Positions 41,451 to 51,443 of a stretch of DNA of 64,000 bases are shown here, piece after piece (position 1 is the first letter of the stretch; each line of letters begins with the position of its first letter). A model generated the notes under the pieces. It made no database searches. It was not told the DNA's origin and saw only the letters and a list, made by a program, of their open reading frames with translations. Source of the stretch: an uncultured Eubacterium sp. (GTDB lineage Bacteria > Bacillota > Clostridia > Lachnospirales > Lachnospiraceae); contig CAYLWI010000001.1 in assembly GCA_964387345.1 (NCBI GenBank), forward strand, positions 47,525 through 111,524. The letters are read 5' to 3'. The position numbers and the translations under genes were made by a program.

Positions 41451-41465
41451 AGGGGGCTGACGATC

Positions 41466-42422
41466 ATGAAAAATATGAAAAAATCAAGTTTAATAATTTT
41501 AATAGCAATGGTTGCTGTCCTGTTTATTATTTTACCCCAGGCAGGCAGCCGTTATATACTGAACATCTGTACACTGATGTGTCTGTATCTGGCCATGAGT
41601 CAGATGTGGAACCTGCTGGGCGGTTACGCCGGGATGCTTTCTCTCGGTATGCAGGCATTCATCGGAATCGGCGGCTATTCACTGACTATCCTTTCTGTAA
41701 ATTATGGTGTGAACATTTACCTGTCCATTATCATTGGCGCGGTAATCTGTGCTCTGTTCGGGCTGGCAGTATCACCGGCAATCTTTAAGATGAGCGGTGT
41801 ATACTTTGCCATTGGTACCTGGATCATTGCAGAGGCTCTGAATATCTTTTTCTCCAACTGGAAGTTTGTAGGATATGCCCAGGACTGGTCTATCAGTTCC
41901 GTGTTTTCCATGAGTTACAAACAGCTGTATTATACAGCACTGGTGGTGGCGGTTATTGCGACGCTGATTGTCTATACTCTGCTGCGCACAAAGACAGGTC
42001 TTGCTCTTATGGCAATCCGTGACAGCGCTTCCGCAGCGGAGACCATGGGTGTGGAGCTTTATAAGACAAAACTGAAATGCTACGTCATTGCCTGCTTCAT
42101 GATGGGACTGATCGGCGGAGCACAGTATATGCAGACTGCATATATAAATCCCTCCACAGGATTTTCTATCAACTGGACCATTGCCATGACCTTTGCCGTT
42201 ATTATCGGAGGCCTGGGAACCATGGAGGGACCGATCGTGGGATCTGTTCTGTATGTAGTAATCGTACAGATCATGTATAGTTATCCGGGTATGTCAAATA
42301 TTGTACTCGGTATTATCGCGATTGTGGTAATTCTGCTTGCGCCCGATGGAATCATGGGTACATTGTATAAGAAAACAGGATTCCAGCTGCTTTCGCCCAG
42401 ACGGAGCATTCCAAAGGAATAG
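41466..42422 (+). CDS. LivM-like ABC permease
   Basis: WNLLGGYAGMLSLG, GVYFAIGT, AIRDS..AAE..G, IIGGLGT..GPIVG. Confidence 0.92.
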   Translation: MKNMKKSSLIILIAMVAVLFIILPQAGSRYILNICTLMCLYLAMSQMWNLLGGYAGMLSLGMQAFIGIGGYSLTILSVNYGVNIYLSIIIGAVICALFGLAVSPAIFKMSGVYFAIGTWIIAEALNIFFSNWKFVGYAQDWSISSVFSMSYKQLYYTALVVAVIATLIVYTLLRTKTGLALMAIRDSASAAETMGVELYKTKLKCYVIACFMMGLIGGAQYMQTAYINPSTGFSINWTIAMTFAVIIGGLGTMEGPIVGSVLYVVIVQIMYSYPGMSNIVLGIIAIVVILLAPDGIMGTLYKKTGFQLLSPRRSIPKE

Positions 42423-42459
42423 GAAAAAACAGATTCATATTTTAAAAGTCTCAGGACTG

Positions 42460-42490
42460 GGAAGCGCCGCGTATTGCGGCGCTTCTTCCT
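42460..42490 (+). terminator. Hairpin/terminator after the liv-type operon
   Basis: GAAGCGCCGC-GTATT-GCGGCGCTTC followed by TTCCT. Confidence 0.6.
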
Positions 42491-42529
42491 GGTTATGGCA
42501 ACTGTTTTGCGGTATGAGAAAGTTCTGAA

Positions 42530-42558
42530 TTGTCAAATACAGGAATTACTGGTATAAT
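42530..42558 (+). promoter_or_regulatory. Sigma-A promoter of pckA
   Basis: TTGTCA-17-TATAAT with TG extension; a second TTGACA lies at 42564. Confidence 0.7.
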
Positions 42559-42633
42559 ACCCATTGACAAACTCGGAAAAGTCTGATAAAAATAACAGAC
42601 TGGAAGGCATAAAGAAGAAATGAGGTAAAAAAT

Positions 42634-44238
42634 ATGGCAAAAATTGATTTAAGCCAGTATGGCATTACAGGTGTGAAAGAGATCGTGTACAATCCTTCTT
42701 TTGACGCTTTGTATGAGGAAGAGATCAATCCGGCGCTGGAGGGGTATGACAGAGGGCAGGTCAGCGAGCTTGGCGCAGTAAATGTTATGACCGGTATTTA
42801 TACAGGACGTTCTCCTAAGGATAAGTACATCGTAATGGATGATAATTCAAAGGACACTGTATGGTGGACTTCTGACGAGTATAAAAATGACAATCATCCT
42901 GTGTCGGAGGAAGTGTGGAAAGAACTGAAGAAAATCGCCCGGGAAGAGCTGTCCGGCAAGAAGCTGTATGTTATAGACGCTTTCTGCGGCGCGAACAGGG
43001 ATACCCGTATGGCCATCCGTTTCATTATGGAAGTGGCATGGCAGGCACATTTTGTAAAGAACATGTTTATCCGTCCTGCTGAGGAGGAGCTTGAGAATTT
43101 TGAGCCGGATTTTGTTGTTTACAATGCTTCCAAGTCTAAAGTAGAGAACTATAAAGAGCTGGGACTGAATTCTGAGACCGCGGTGGCATTTAATATCACA
43201 AGCCGCGAGCAGGTGATTATCAATACATGGTACGGCGGCGAGATGAAAAAGGGTATGTTCTCCATGATGAACTACTACCTGCCCTTAAAGGGAATTGCTT
43301 CCATGCACTGCTCTGCCAACACAGATATGAATGGCGGGAATACTGCTATTTTCTTCGGACTTTCCGGAACAGGAAAGACAACACTTTCCACAGATCCCAA
43401 GCGTCTTCTGATCGGCGATGACGAGCATGGATGGGATGATAACGGCATCTTCAACTTTGAGGGCGGCTGCTATGCGAAGGTGATTAATCTGGATAAGGAA
43501 TCCGAGCCGGATATCTACAACGCCATCAGGAAAAACGCTCTTCTGGAGAATGTAACCCTGGACGCTGACGGGAAGATCGATTTTGATGATAAGAGCGTGA
43601 CAGAGAATACCCGTGTTTCTTATCCCATTGACCACATTGAGAAGATTGTGCGCCCGGTTTCCGCCGCGCCAGCCGCAAAGAATGTTATTTTCCTTTCTGC
43701 GGATGCATTCGGCGTACTTCCTCCGGTTTCTGTTCTGACTCCGGAACAGACAGAGTACTATTTCCTGTCCGGCTTTACTGCAAAGCTTGCCGGAACAGAG
43801 AGAGGCATCACAGAGCCCACACCGACTTTCTCCGCATGCTTCGGACAGGCTTTCCTGGAACTGCATCCCACAAAATATGCGGAAGAGCTTGTAAAACGGA
43901 TGAAGATGAGCGGCGCAAAGGCATATCTGGTGAATACAGGCTGGAATGGCACCGGCAGACGCATTTCTATTAAGGATACCCGCGGAATTATTGACGCAAT
44001 CCTGAATGGTGATATCCTTAATGCTCCGACAAAGAAGATCCCTTACTTTAACTTTGAGGTTCCCACGGAGTTAAAGGGTGTGGATACCGGAATCCTGGAT
44101 CCCCGGGATACTTATGCTGATATTTCCCAGTGGGAGGCCAAGGCAAAGGATCTGGCAGAGCGTTTCATTAAGAACTTTAAGAAGTATGAAGGAAATGAGA
44201 TCGGTAAGGCGCTGGTTGCGGCCGGTCCTCAGTTATAA
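42634..44238 (+). CDS. pckA: Phosphoenolpyruvate carboxykinase (ATP)
   Basis: [53 protein letters not shown]. Confidence 0.98.
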   Translation: MAKIDLSQYGITGVKEIVYNPSFDALYEEEINPALEGYDRGQVSELGAVNVMTGIYTGRSPKDKYIVMDDNSKDTVWWTSDEYKNDNHPVSEEVWKELKKIAREELSGKKLYVIDAFCGANRDTRMAIRFIMEVAWQAHFVKNMFIRPAEEELENFEPDFVVYNASKSKVENYKELGLNSETAVAFNITSREQVIINTWYGGEMKKGMFSMMNYYLPLKGIASMHCSANTDMNGGNTAIFFGLSGTGKTTLSTDPKRLLIGDDEHGWDDNGIFNFEGGCYAKVINLDKESEPDIYNAIRKNALLENVTLDADGKIDFDDKSVTENTRVSYPIDHIEKIVRPVSAAPAAKNVIFLSADAFGVLPPVSVLTPEQTEYYFLSGFTAKLAGTERGITEPTPTFSACFGQAFLELHPTKYAEELVKRMKMSGAKAYLVNTGWNGTGRRISIKDTRGIIDAILNGDILNAPTKKIPYFNFEVPTELKGVDTGILDPRDTYADISQWEAKAKDLAERFIKNFKKYEGNEIGKALVAAGPQL

Positions 44239-44254
44239 AAAGTCATACTATGGT

Positions 44255-44281
44255 ATCTCCCCGGTTTTCCGGGGGGATTTC
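44255..44281 (+). terminator. Terminator after pckA
   Basis: ATCTCCCCGG-TTTT-CCGGGGGGAT followed by TT. Confidence 0.65.
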
Positions 44282-44334
44282 AGTCTGTATGTGAGGAATT
44301 TCCTGGTATTTTTCTCATAGAATAAAGAGGAATT

Positions 44335-44982
44335 ATGAAAAGAGAAGAGTTATTTCATTATGTGGATCATACTGCTTTAAAGGCATATGTAACATGGGAA
44401 GAGATCCGGAAGCTGTGCCGTGAAGCCGTACAGTATGGAATGGCTTCTGTCTGTATCCCCGGCAGTTATGTGAAAAGAGCTCATGAAGCTTTTCCGGATC
44501 TGAATATCTGTACTGTAGTCGGGTTCCCGCTGGGGAATACAAGTACTCATGCGAAGCTGGAGGAAACCAGGCAGGCACTGGCGGACGGAGCTTCTGAAAT
44601 TGATATGGTTATTCATATCGGGATGGTAAAAAGCGGGGAGTATGATGACGTTACAGAAGAAGTCCGTCTGCTGAAAAAAGCGGTGGGAGATAAGATTCTG
44701 AAAGTGATTATTGAGACATGTTATCTCACGGAGAAGGAGAAGATCCGGATGTGCCGGGCGGTGACAGAAGCCGGGGCTGATTACATCAAGACTTCTACCG
44801 GATTCGGAACCGGGGGAGCCGCCCTGGAGGATGTGAGGCTGATGAGGGAGCATATCGGTCCGGAGGTAAGGATAAAAGCGGCGGGAGGAATCCGCTCCAG
44901 AGAAGAGATGGAGGATTATATCGCGGCGGGATGCAGCCGGATCGGAACCAGCAGCGCGATTTCCATGCTGCGGTATGAGTGA
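44335..44982 (+). CDS. deoC: Deoxyribose-phosphate aldolase
   Basis: DHTAL, VVGFPLG, EIDMV, KVIIET, YIKTSTG, IKAAGGIR, RIGTS. Confidence 0.96.
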   Translation: MKREELFHYVDHTALKAYVTWEEIRKLCREAVQYGMASVCIPGSYVKRAHEAFPDLNICTVVGFPLGNTSTHAKLEETRQALADGASEIDMVIHIGMVKSGEYDDVTEEVRLLKKAVGDKILKVIIETCYLTEKEKIRMCRAVTEAGADYIKTSTGFGTGGAALEDVRLMREHIGPEVRIKAAGGIRSREEMEDYIAAGCSRIGTSSAISMLRYE

Positions 44983-45047
44983 TTTGATTTCAGAAATTTT
45001 ATTAACAATGGATGGAAAAGCTGGAATATTTTCATAGTAATAATCTC

Positions 45048-45076
45048 TTGTCATTATGCACATAGTAAGGTATAAT
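45048..45076 (+). promoter_or_regulatory. Sigma-A promoter of 6S RNA
   Basis: TTGTCA-17-TATAAT immediately before the RNA. Confidence 0.8.
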
Positions 45077-45079
45077 TAT

Positions 45080-45274
45080 TTCAGCAGATTCCTGGGGTGT
45101 ACGAGAGCCTTGCTATTTTGAACCTACATTTACGTTTATGGGACTCTTATATTGCTGGACGGATGTCAGGCCGCCTCCTCGTATCAGCGGAAGGCAGAAG
45201 GACAGTTGCGGACACCCACCTGGCTTTTCGCTAGGCGTCAAAATTGCAGGTACGGCACTTTGGGAATTGCTGAA
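45080..45274 (+). ncRNA. ssrS: 6S RNA
   Basis: About 195 nt; closing stem TTCAGCAGATTCC/GGGAATTGCTGAA; 3' GGACACCCACCTG...GGCGTCAAAA...TACGGCACTTTGGG resembles Firmicute 6S; own promoter and downstream terminator. Confidence 0.82.
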
Positions 45275-45360
45275 GATAATATATTGAAATACGAAAGATT
45301 TTTACAGGGAACGAAGGAGAACCTGTACGAAAGAAAATCTGATGAATGCACGAATGAGGA

Positions 45361-45391
45361 AAGAAGCTGCGTGATGCAGCTTCTTTTTTTC
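45361..45391 (+). terminator. Terminator downstream of 6S RNA
   Basis: AAGAAGCTGC-GTGAT-GCAGCTTCTT followed by a long T tract. Confidence 0.85.
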
Positions 45392-45420
45392 AGTCAGACA
45401 GGAAAGGTGAACGATGGCGC

Positions 45421-47346
45421 ATGAAAGATAGAAAACGGAGACGGCTCAGACGGAAAATGTTCCAGGGAAGAACAGATCGCAGAATATATATAAGATATAT
45501 CCTGATGCTGACGGCAATCCTTTTTCTCTGTCTGGAACTGGATCGTTTTGCGCATGAGAAAGCGGTATCCACAGGGAATGAGGAGCTGGTACCTTCTGTG
45601 GAGCTGGCGGGATATCTGCAGATCATCCCGCTGACTCCGGAGGAAACCAGGACTCTGATTCTTCCGGATCTGGGCGAATACATAACAGGAGAGGATCTGT
45701 ATAACCTTCTGGAATATCTCTGCATGGACAAACTGGCAGAGACAGTCAGGGAGGAAGAAGCCTTTGGGGAAGAGGATTTTCTCACTTATGAAATATGGTG
45801 CGGGATTTATGGGAGAATGATTGAAGAACTGGGACTTTCGGAACAGGTGGAAACGGTGGAGATACAATATCTCGGGATGCTTATGTCTGAAGAAAGGCTT
45901 ATGGCGGATAATGGGAATTATGACTGTGATGCGGAGGGAATTGATTTTGTATATGGAGAGACTTATCAGGTATATATCTATGGGAATGTTCTCCTGGGAA
46001 AAGCAGTGCCTGTCACCGGACAGATTCTGTCGGAAGAAGAGGAACAGGAGGATCAGGGAGAACAGACCGGACAGATTCAGACGCCCGACACAGTCAGGGT
46101 GCTTCTGACACAGGATAATTCTGAAAAAATTTACCGGGAGGAAGTTTTTCTCACTGGAAATGCCGGGCTGCAGGCCGCGATCCCCGGGCGGGAACAGGCT
46201 GATCAGAAGCAGGCGGGGCAGGTTCTGGACTGCGGGGAATGGATGAATGAAAATTCTGTGGATGAGATGACGGTATCGTCTGTAGAAGATGGCAGGATTT
46301 ATATTACAGATGAAACAGGAGAGATTCTTTCTTCCGGATACCGGGGAAGTTTCCGATTGTGCCGGAATGAAAATGGGATATGGATTGTAAATGAAATTTC
46401 CATGGAGGAGTATCTTTACGGAGTTGTACCGGGAGAGATGCCGGAAAGCTTTGAAACGGAAGCCCTGAAGGCGCAGGCAGTCTGCGCCCGTACTTATGCG
46501 TCCCATCTTGTTTCGCAGGATAAGTATGAAGATTATGGAGCAGATCTGGACGATACTACAGATTGTCAGGTATATCTTCCTTCCGGAGAAAATGAAAAAG
46601 CTCTGGAGGCTGTAAAAGATACCGCCGGAAAGGTTCTTTCCAGCCAGGGAGCTCTGGCAGATATTTATTATTTTTCTACATCCTGCGGCTTCACCTCGGG
46701 TCTGGAAGTATGGCAGATCAGCAGTCCGGACTATCTGGGAAAGGTCAGTCTGCTGCTGACGCAGGATCTGAAGGTAGGGGAGAATATTACGGTGGATGAG
46801 TTTCTGAGAAAGACGGATGTTTCTGCTTACGACAGTGGGAGCAGATATTTCCGGTGGACTGTCCAGCTTGATTTCACAGCGGATATTGAGCAGGTTCTGG
46901 AGGCAGTCCGGCAGGAGATTGACGCCGGCGCCGGAAAGGCGGGAATCGAGGCCGCGGGAGGAAGTGATGCAGATCAGCTGGGTGATTTCCAGGGAATGGC
47001 TGTGAATGGGAGAAATGACTCCGGAACGGTAACGGATCTTGTCCTGCAGTTTGAATATGGAAAGGTACATTTATATCACGAAAACACGATACGCAATGTC
47101 CTGGGCAGGGTAATGGTATCGGTTACGGATAAAAACGGAGAAATTGTCCATACTCTTAATATGCTGCCAAGCGCCGCGTTTTCTGTAGAGGATTCCGGAG
47201 ATGGAATAATTACCCTTTATGGCGGCGGACTGGGCCATGGGATAGGTATGAGCCAGTATGGAGCCGACGGGATGGCAGAAGCGGGAAAAACTTATGATGA
47301 GATTCTGGATTTCTTTTTCCCGGGGACAGAGATTGCGGGAAATTAA
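45421..47346 (+). CDS. Membrane-anchored SpoIID/LytB-domain protein
   Basis: N-terminal TM; EEYLYGVVPGEMP, EALKAQAVCARTY, GHGIGMSQYGA. Confidence 0.88.
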   Translation: MKDRKRRRLRRKMFQGRTDRRIYIRYILMLTAILFLCLELDRFAHEKAVSTGNEELVPSVELAGYLQIIPLTPEETRTLILPDLGEYITGEDLYNLLEYLCMDKLAETVREEEAFGEEDFLTYEIWCGIYGRMIEELGLSEQVETVEIQYLGMLMSEERLMADNGNYDCDAEGIDFVYGETYQVYIYGNVLLGKAVPVTGQILSEEEEQEDQGEQTGQIQTPDTVRVLLTQDNSEKIYREEVFLTGNAGLQAAIPGREQADQKQAGQVLDCGEWMNENSVDEMTVSSVEDGRIYITDETGEILSSGYRGSFRLCRNENGIWIVNEISMEEYLYGVVPGEMPESFETEALKAQAVCARTYASHLVSQDKYEDYGADLDDTTDCQVYLPSGENEKALEAVKDTAGKVLSSQGALADIYYFSTSCGFTSGLEVWQISSPDYLGKVSLLLTQDLKVGENITVDEFLRKTDVSAYDSGSRYFRWTVQLDFTADIEQVLEAVRQEIDAGAGKAGIEAAGGSDADQLGDFQGMAVNGRNDSGTVTDLVLQFEYGKVHLYHENTIRNVLGRVMVSVTDKNGEIVHTLNMLPSAAFSVEDSGDGIITLYGGGLGHGIGMSQYGADGMAEAGKTYDEILDFFFPGTEIAGN

Positions 47347-47422
47347 CAGGAAGTGCTTGCGGGAGACGGAAAAAAATGGTATGGTATCAACCGTGTAAAG
47401 AAACCCGCAGGAGGAGTATAAG

Positions 47423-48316
47423 GTGAAACAGGTTCTGTCCTATTTTATAAAGAAAATCAAAGAGGATAATATTGGCGCGTACGCAGGGCAGGCGTCGCTG
47501 TTCCTGATTATGTCCATGATACCGTTCCTGCTGGTTTTGTTGTCTCTTCTGAGATTCACACCGGTTTCAGAGAGCATGATTCTGGCTGGAATCGAGCTGA
47601 TCAGTCCGGGGTATGTGAGCTCCACGGTGGTTGCCATTGTGGATGAGGTGTATCACAATACCGGAGGAGTCCTGTTTGTATCTCTTGTGTTTTCTGTTTA
47701 TTCTGCGGCAAAGACGATACAGAGTCTGCGTTATGGACTTAATATTGTTTATGAAATAGATGAGACCCGTAACTGGTTTATACTTCGTCTGCGAGCCATG
47801 GTGGAGACCTTTTTTCTTATTCTGGCGATTCTTATTCTGGCGATTCTTCTGATGTTCGGAAAAACAATCCAGGATATGCTGGTGGAATATGTGCCAATTG
47901 TGGCTGTTGTGACAGAAACAATTCTGAAGCTGCGGATGCTGATTTTGTTTTTTGTTCTGATTGGAATCTTTACCGTGATTTATAAGGTGCTCCCTAACCG
48001 GAAAGCGACCTTCCGCAGCCAGCTGGTTGGAGCTGTCGGATGCTCGGTTGCCTGGTATGTATTTTCTTTTGGCGTATCCATTTATATTGAAGTATTTAAC
48101 GGTTTTTCCTTTTATGGGAGTCTGACAACCATTGTCCTGATGATGTTCTGGCTTTACTTTGCCATGTATATTTTTCTGGTCTGCGGAGAGATAAATAATG
48201 CTTTTGAAATGATTCTTGCTAAGCTGAAGCTGGATTTCAAAATGAGGAAGCAGAAGAAGATGAGAAAAAAGATTGAGAAGCAGGAGAGGGAGAAGCGGGA
48301 GAATGAGAAAGTCTGA
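47423..48316 (+). CDS. YihY/virulence factor BrkB family membrane protein
   Basis: AYAGQASLFLIMSMIPF, YGSLTTIVLMMFWLY, LVCGEIN. Confidence 0.9.
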   Translation: MKQVLSYFIKKIKEDNIGAYAGQASLFLIMSMIPFLLVLLSLLRFTPVSESMILAGIELISPGYVSSTVVAIVDEVYHNTGGVLFVSLVFSVYSAAKTIQSLRYGLNIVYEIDETRNWFILRLRAMVETFFLILAILILAILLMFGKTIQDMLVEYVPIVAVVTETILKLRMLILFFVLIGIFTVIYKVLPNRKATFRSQLVGAVGCSVAWYVFSFGVSIYIEVFNGFSFYGSLTTIVLMMFWLYFAMYIFLVCGEINNAFEMILAKLKLDFKMRKQKKMRKKIEKQEREKRENEKV

Positions 48317-48378
48317 AAGTAAACTTCCGGACCTTCCCCGGTGACGCGCCTGCCATGTCAGAGGGAGGTAAAAATGAG

Positions 48379-48412
48379 AGAAGGGTTTCCCCGATGATGG
48401 GGAAACCCTTCT
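48379..48412. terminator. Hairpin between convergent yihY and permease genes
   Basis: AGAAGGGTTTCCCC-GATGAT-GGGGAAACCCTTCT perfect 14-bp stem. Confidence 0.7.
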
Positions 48413-48417
48413 GCGGT

Positions 48418-50415
48418 TTATCTGCTGACAATTTTGTAATAGCTTTTTGCAGTAATGGAATAAATAATAATATACAATACCGCAAATCCCGCGAAGGTTC
48501 CGACCAGACAGAAAATAAAGGATTTTACATCTCCCATGGCCAGCACCGACAGAAGTCTGGAAACAATAGGGAAGGCAAAAGCGGAATGGACACCCGCAAT
48601 CACCAGGGGCAGGAAAAATACCATTAATACCTGGGAACGGATAAATTTCCGGATATTGTCTCTGGACAGTCCCACATTCTGCATGATCTCATATCTTCTG
48701 GCGTCCTGCAGTCCCTCTGAAATCTGCTTATAGTAGATGATCAGGACTGTAGCGATCAGAAAGATGATACTTAAGAAGATGCCGACGAAAAACATACTTC
48801 CATACAGGGGCAGATAGCGGTCGTAGCTGGATGATCTGGATTTTGCGCTGGCATAGAAGCTGATACCCTCTGTCTCTGCTGTGGATGGATTGTTCTGAGC
48901 GAATAATTCCTGTTCTCCCTGGAAAGCGTTGTTGAATCTCTGAAGGACGGCCTCTGAACGGGCAGAATCGGGAATATTATAACCACAGTAAAAATTCATG
49001 GGAGAGGCGTTGCTGCCGTAAATTTCTCTTTGCCGGTAATATAGTTCCGTCAGGGTATCCATGCTGTCTGTTACGATATAATAGACCGATATGCCGGTAT
49101 TGGCAGAGAAAACTATTGCTTCGGGAAGTTCATCCAGAACTTCTCTCACGGTAAACGTCCGGTTCATGACAGACAGAGTATCATAGGAATAAGAAGTGTC
49201 TGTGTTGGAATAGACCAGAACTTCGTCCGGGCTGAGATCTGTCTCCTGGCCGGTAACGCGGCTGTAATCTTCCGCTGTGGTAAAGACCAGGGTACAGAAG
49301 GCGTTGATGTTGATGGATGTTGCAGCGTCCATATCCACCAGGAAGGTATCTTCCTTCTGCTGGGCGCCGATTCCGAAGGCAATGGCATAGATTTCATCAG
49401 AGATTTCCACGCCTTCGTCCTCCGCGGCCTGTTTCAGCAGTTCCCGGGTGTCTGAGAAATACTGCTCAGAGAAGTTATCTGTATTCATATATACGCTGGC
49501 ATTTATTTCCCGTGGGTAGCGCTGCTGCACCATATTGTCAATTCCCGAATACAGGGAGAGGGTAGTGGATACGGCAATAATGACCATGGTGGACAGAATA
49601 CAAATGCTGGAAAGGCTGGCGGCATTTTGTTTCATCCGGTAAAGCATGTTGGATATATTGATAAAGTGGTTAGCCTTATAATAATATTTCTTATTTCTCC
49701 TGAGGCTTTTCAGCCAGATGATGCTGCCTGCGGTGAACAGACAATAGGTGCCGGTGACCACAAAGATCACAGCCAGAAAGAACAGGCCGAAGGCTGCCAG
49801 GGGATTGGTGATGCTGACGGAAATGCCGTAGCCGGTGACAATGGCTGCCACGCCGATAACGGCCAGTATCCATTTGCTCCGGGGTTCTTTTTCTCCCACA
49901 TCGCTTCCATGCAGAAGAGCAATGGTGTTGGAAAACTGGATCTGGCGGAAGGCATTCAGAAACAGAATCAGGTGGATGACTGCAAACAGGATCACAGTCC
50001 GGATAATTGCGTCCCCGGAGATCTCAAAACCCAGAGGAATTTCAGCCCCCATCAGCCGCATCAGTCCGGCAAAAGCCAGCTTATACAGAAGAAGACCGAT
50101 GAGGATTCCGCTGATGATGCTGCCGCCCGCGATAATAACTGTTTCATTGAATATAATTCTGGCAATATGGCGTTTTTCCAGTCCGAGAACATTATATATT
50201 CCGAATTCCCTTTTCCGTTGTTTCATTAGAAAACTGTTGGTATAGAACAGGAAGATGGCAGAAAAGATAATCATCAGCCCTGTTCCAAGCTTCAGCATAT
50301 ACCGGATGGCTCCTGAACCGTAGACCGCATCCATATTGGAGTTGGTTGTCAGCGCCTGGATAATGTAGAACAGGGTCGCCATCAGAATACAGGTCAGCAG
50401 ATAGGGAATATACAT
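48418..50415 (-). CDS. BceB-like FtsX-family ABC permease, apparently missing its first residues
   Basis: 665 aa; YTNSFLMKQRKREFGIYNVLGL, large extracellular loop, YYKQISEG..D..RY; ORF starts at MYIPY directly after a deletion junction. Confidence 0.85.
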   Translation of the reverse strand: MYIPYLLTCILMATLFYIIQALTTNSNMDAVYGSGAIRYMLKLGTGLMIIFSAIFLFYTNSFLMKQRKREFGIYNVLGLEKRHIARIIFNETVIIAGGSIISGILIGLLLYKLAFAGLMRLMGAEIPLGFEISGDAIIRTVILFAVIHLILFLNAFRQIQFSNTIALLHGSDVGEKEPRSKWILAVIGVAAIVTGYGISVSITNPLAAFGLFFLAVIFVVTGTYCLFTAGSIIWLKSLRRNKKYYYKANHFINISNMLYRMKQNAASLSSICILSTMVIIAVSTTLSLYSGIDNMVQQRYPREINASVYMNTDNFSEQYFSDTRELLKQAAEDEGVEISDEIYAIAFGIGAQQKEDTFLVDMDAATSININAFCTLVFTTAEDYSRVTGQETDLSPDEVLVYSNTDTSYSYDTLSVMNRTFTVREVLDELPEAIVFSANTGISVYYIVTDSMDTLTELYYRQREIYGSNASPMNFYCGYNIPDSARSEAVLQRFNNAFQGEQELFAQNNPSTAETEGISFYASAKSRSSSYDRYLPLYGSMFFVGIFLSIIFLIATVLIIYYKQISEGLQDARRYEIMQNVGLSRDNIRKFIRSQVLMVFFLPLVIAGVHSAFAFPIVSRLLSVLAMGDVKSFIFCLVGTFAGFAVLYIIIYSITAKSYYKIVSR

Positions 50416-50567
50416 ACGGTAGTTTTTCCGGAACCGGACTCGCCCATGATCGCGATGTATTCTCCCCGGTTGACGGAGAAGGAAACATCGGAAAGGGCCT
50501 GGACCTGGTTGCCGGACAACCGGGTGGTATATATTTTTTGCAGATTATGAACTTCTAAGATTGCCAT
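50394..50567 (-). pseudogene. BceA-like ABC ATPase N-terminal fragment
   Basis: MAILEVHNLQKIY...IAIMGESGSGKTT then an out-of-family tail and stop; signature, Walker B and H-loop absent. Confidence 0.88.
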
Positions 50568-50669
50568 TTCAATCATACCTCCTGTTGCTGTGTTTTATTT
50601 TTTCTGGATTCAGTATAACAAAAGCCCTGGTGAGGATGCCATTTCTTTATCTGACAATATGGAGCCAGA

Positions 50670-50687
50670 CCTTTCAAAAATGAAAGG
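50670..50687. promoter_or_regulatory. Candidate BceR-type operator upstream of the transporter genes
   Basis: CCTTTCA-AAAA-TGAAAGG palindrome, same geometry as ACA-N4-TGT Bce-type sites; extended -10 TGTTATACT near 50612-50620 on the minus strand. Confidence 0.5.
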
Positions 50688-50720
50688 CTGGCTGAAATTT
50701 CTGTGTTTTCCGGGAAAATA

Positions 50721-51443
50721 TCATTCCACGTCAGAAAACTGGCGGGAGAGATTAATATAGAAAGTAGTTCCTTCCCCCAGGGTGGAGGTGACAGAGATGG
50801 GATGGGACAGACGTCCCAGTATTTTTTTACAGAGATATAGTCCGAGACCGGTAGATCTTTTTTCCACACGACCGTTATAACCAGTATAGCTTTTCTCGAA
50901 AATCCGGGGCAGATCCTCCGGGGAGATGCCGATTCCGGTATCTGCTATGGAAAGGACCAGATGGCTGTCCACGGAAATAGTGATACTTCCCTCATTTGTA
51001 TATTTCACGGCATTTGACAGGATCTGGTCAATCACGAAGGAAAGCCATTTTTCGTCGGTCAGCACTTTCTGACCGGATGGCTCATAGATGAGACGCAGCT
51101 TTTTCTGGATAAACTGACCGGCGTATTTGCGGACAGACTGGCGTATGATGTCATCCAGATCATAATATTTAATTACAAAATCAGAGGAAGGGCTGTCCAG
51201 ACGGAAGTAGCAGAGAACCATCTCCACATACTGCTCAATCCGGAAAAGCTCTGTCTTCAACTGCCTCCCCAGGAGAGTATCTTCCTTCTGAAGCAGCAGC
51301 CGCATGGCGGCGATGGGAGTTTTGATCTGGTGTACCCATGTGGTGTAGTAATCTGTCAGATCTGTCTTTTCCATGTTTTCCGCAGTGATTTTCCGGGAGT
51401 AGAGATTATTCAGGGAGAGAACCAGCTCCTGGTAGTCCTTTTC
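50721..51443 (-). pseudogene. BceS-like histidine kinase lacking its N-terminal membrane region
   Basis: Frame open from KDYQELV through WVHQIKTPI, QILSNAVKY, DTGIGI, STGLGLYL; no TM segments upstream because the frame is joined to the response regulator gene. Confidence 0.82.

Noticed and set aside
45394-47070. 558-aa minus-strand ORF and many other long antisense ORFs (e.g. 291-1466, 3033-4442, 17681-18994, 53766-55238, 57499-58773)
   Set aside because: They lie opposite well-supported genes, have no recognisable motifs and are typical shadow frames of biased codon usage.
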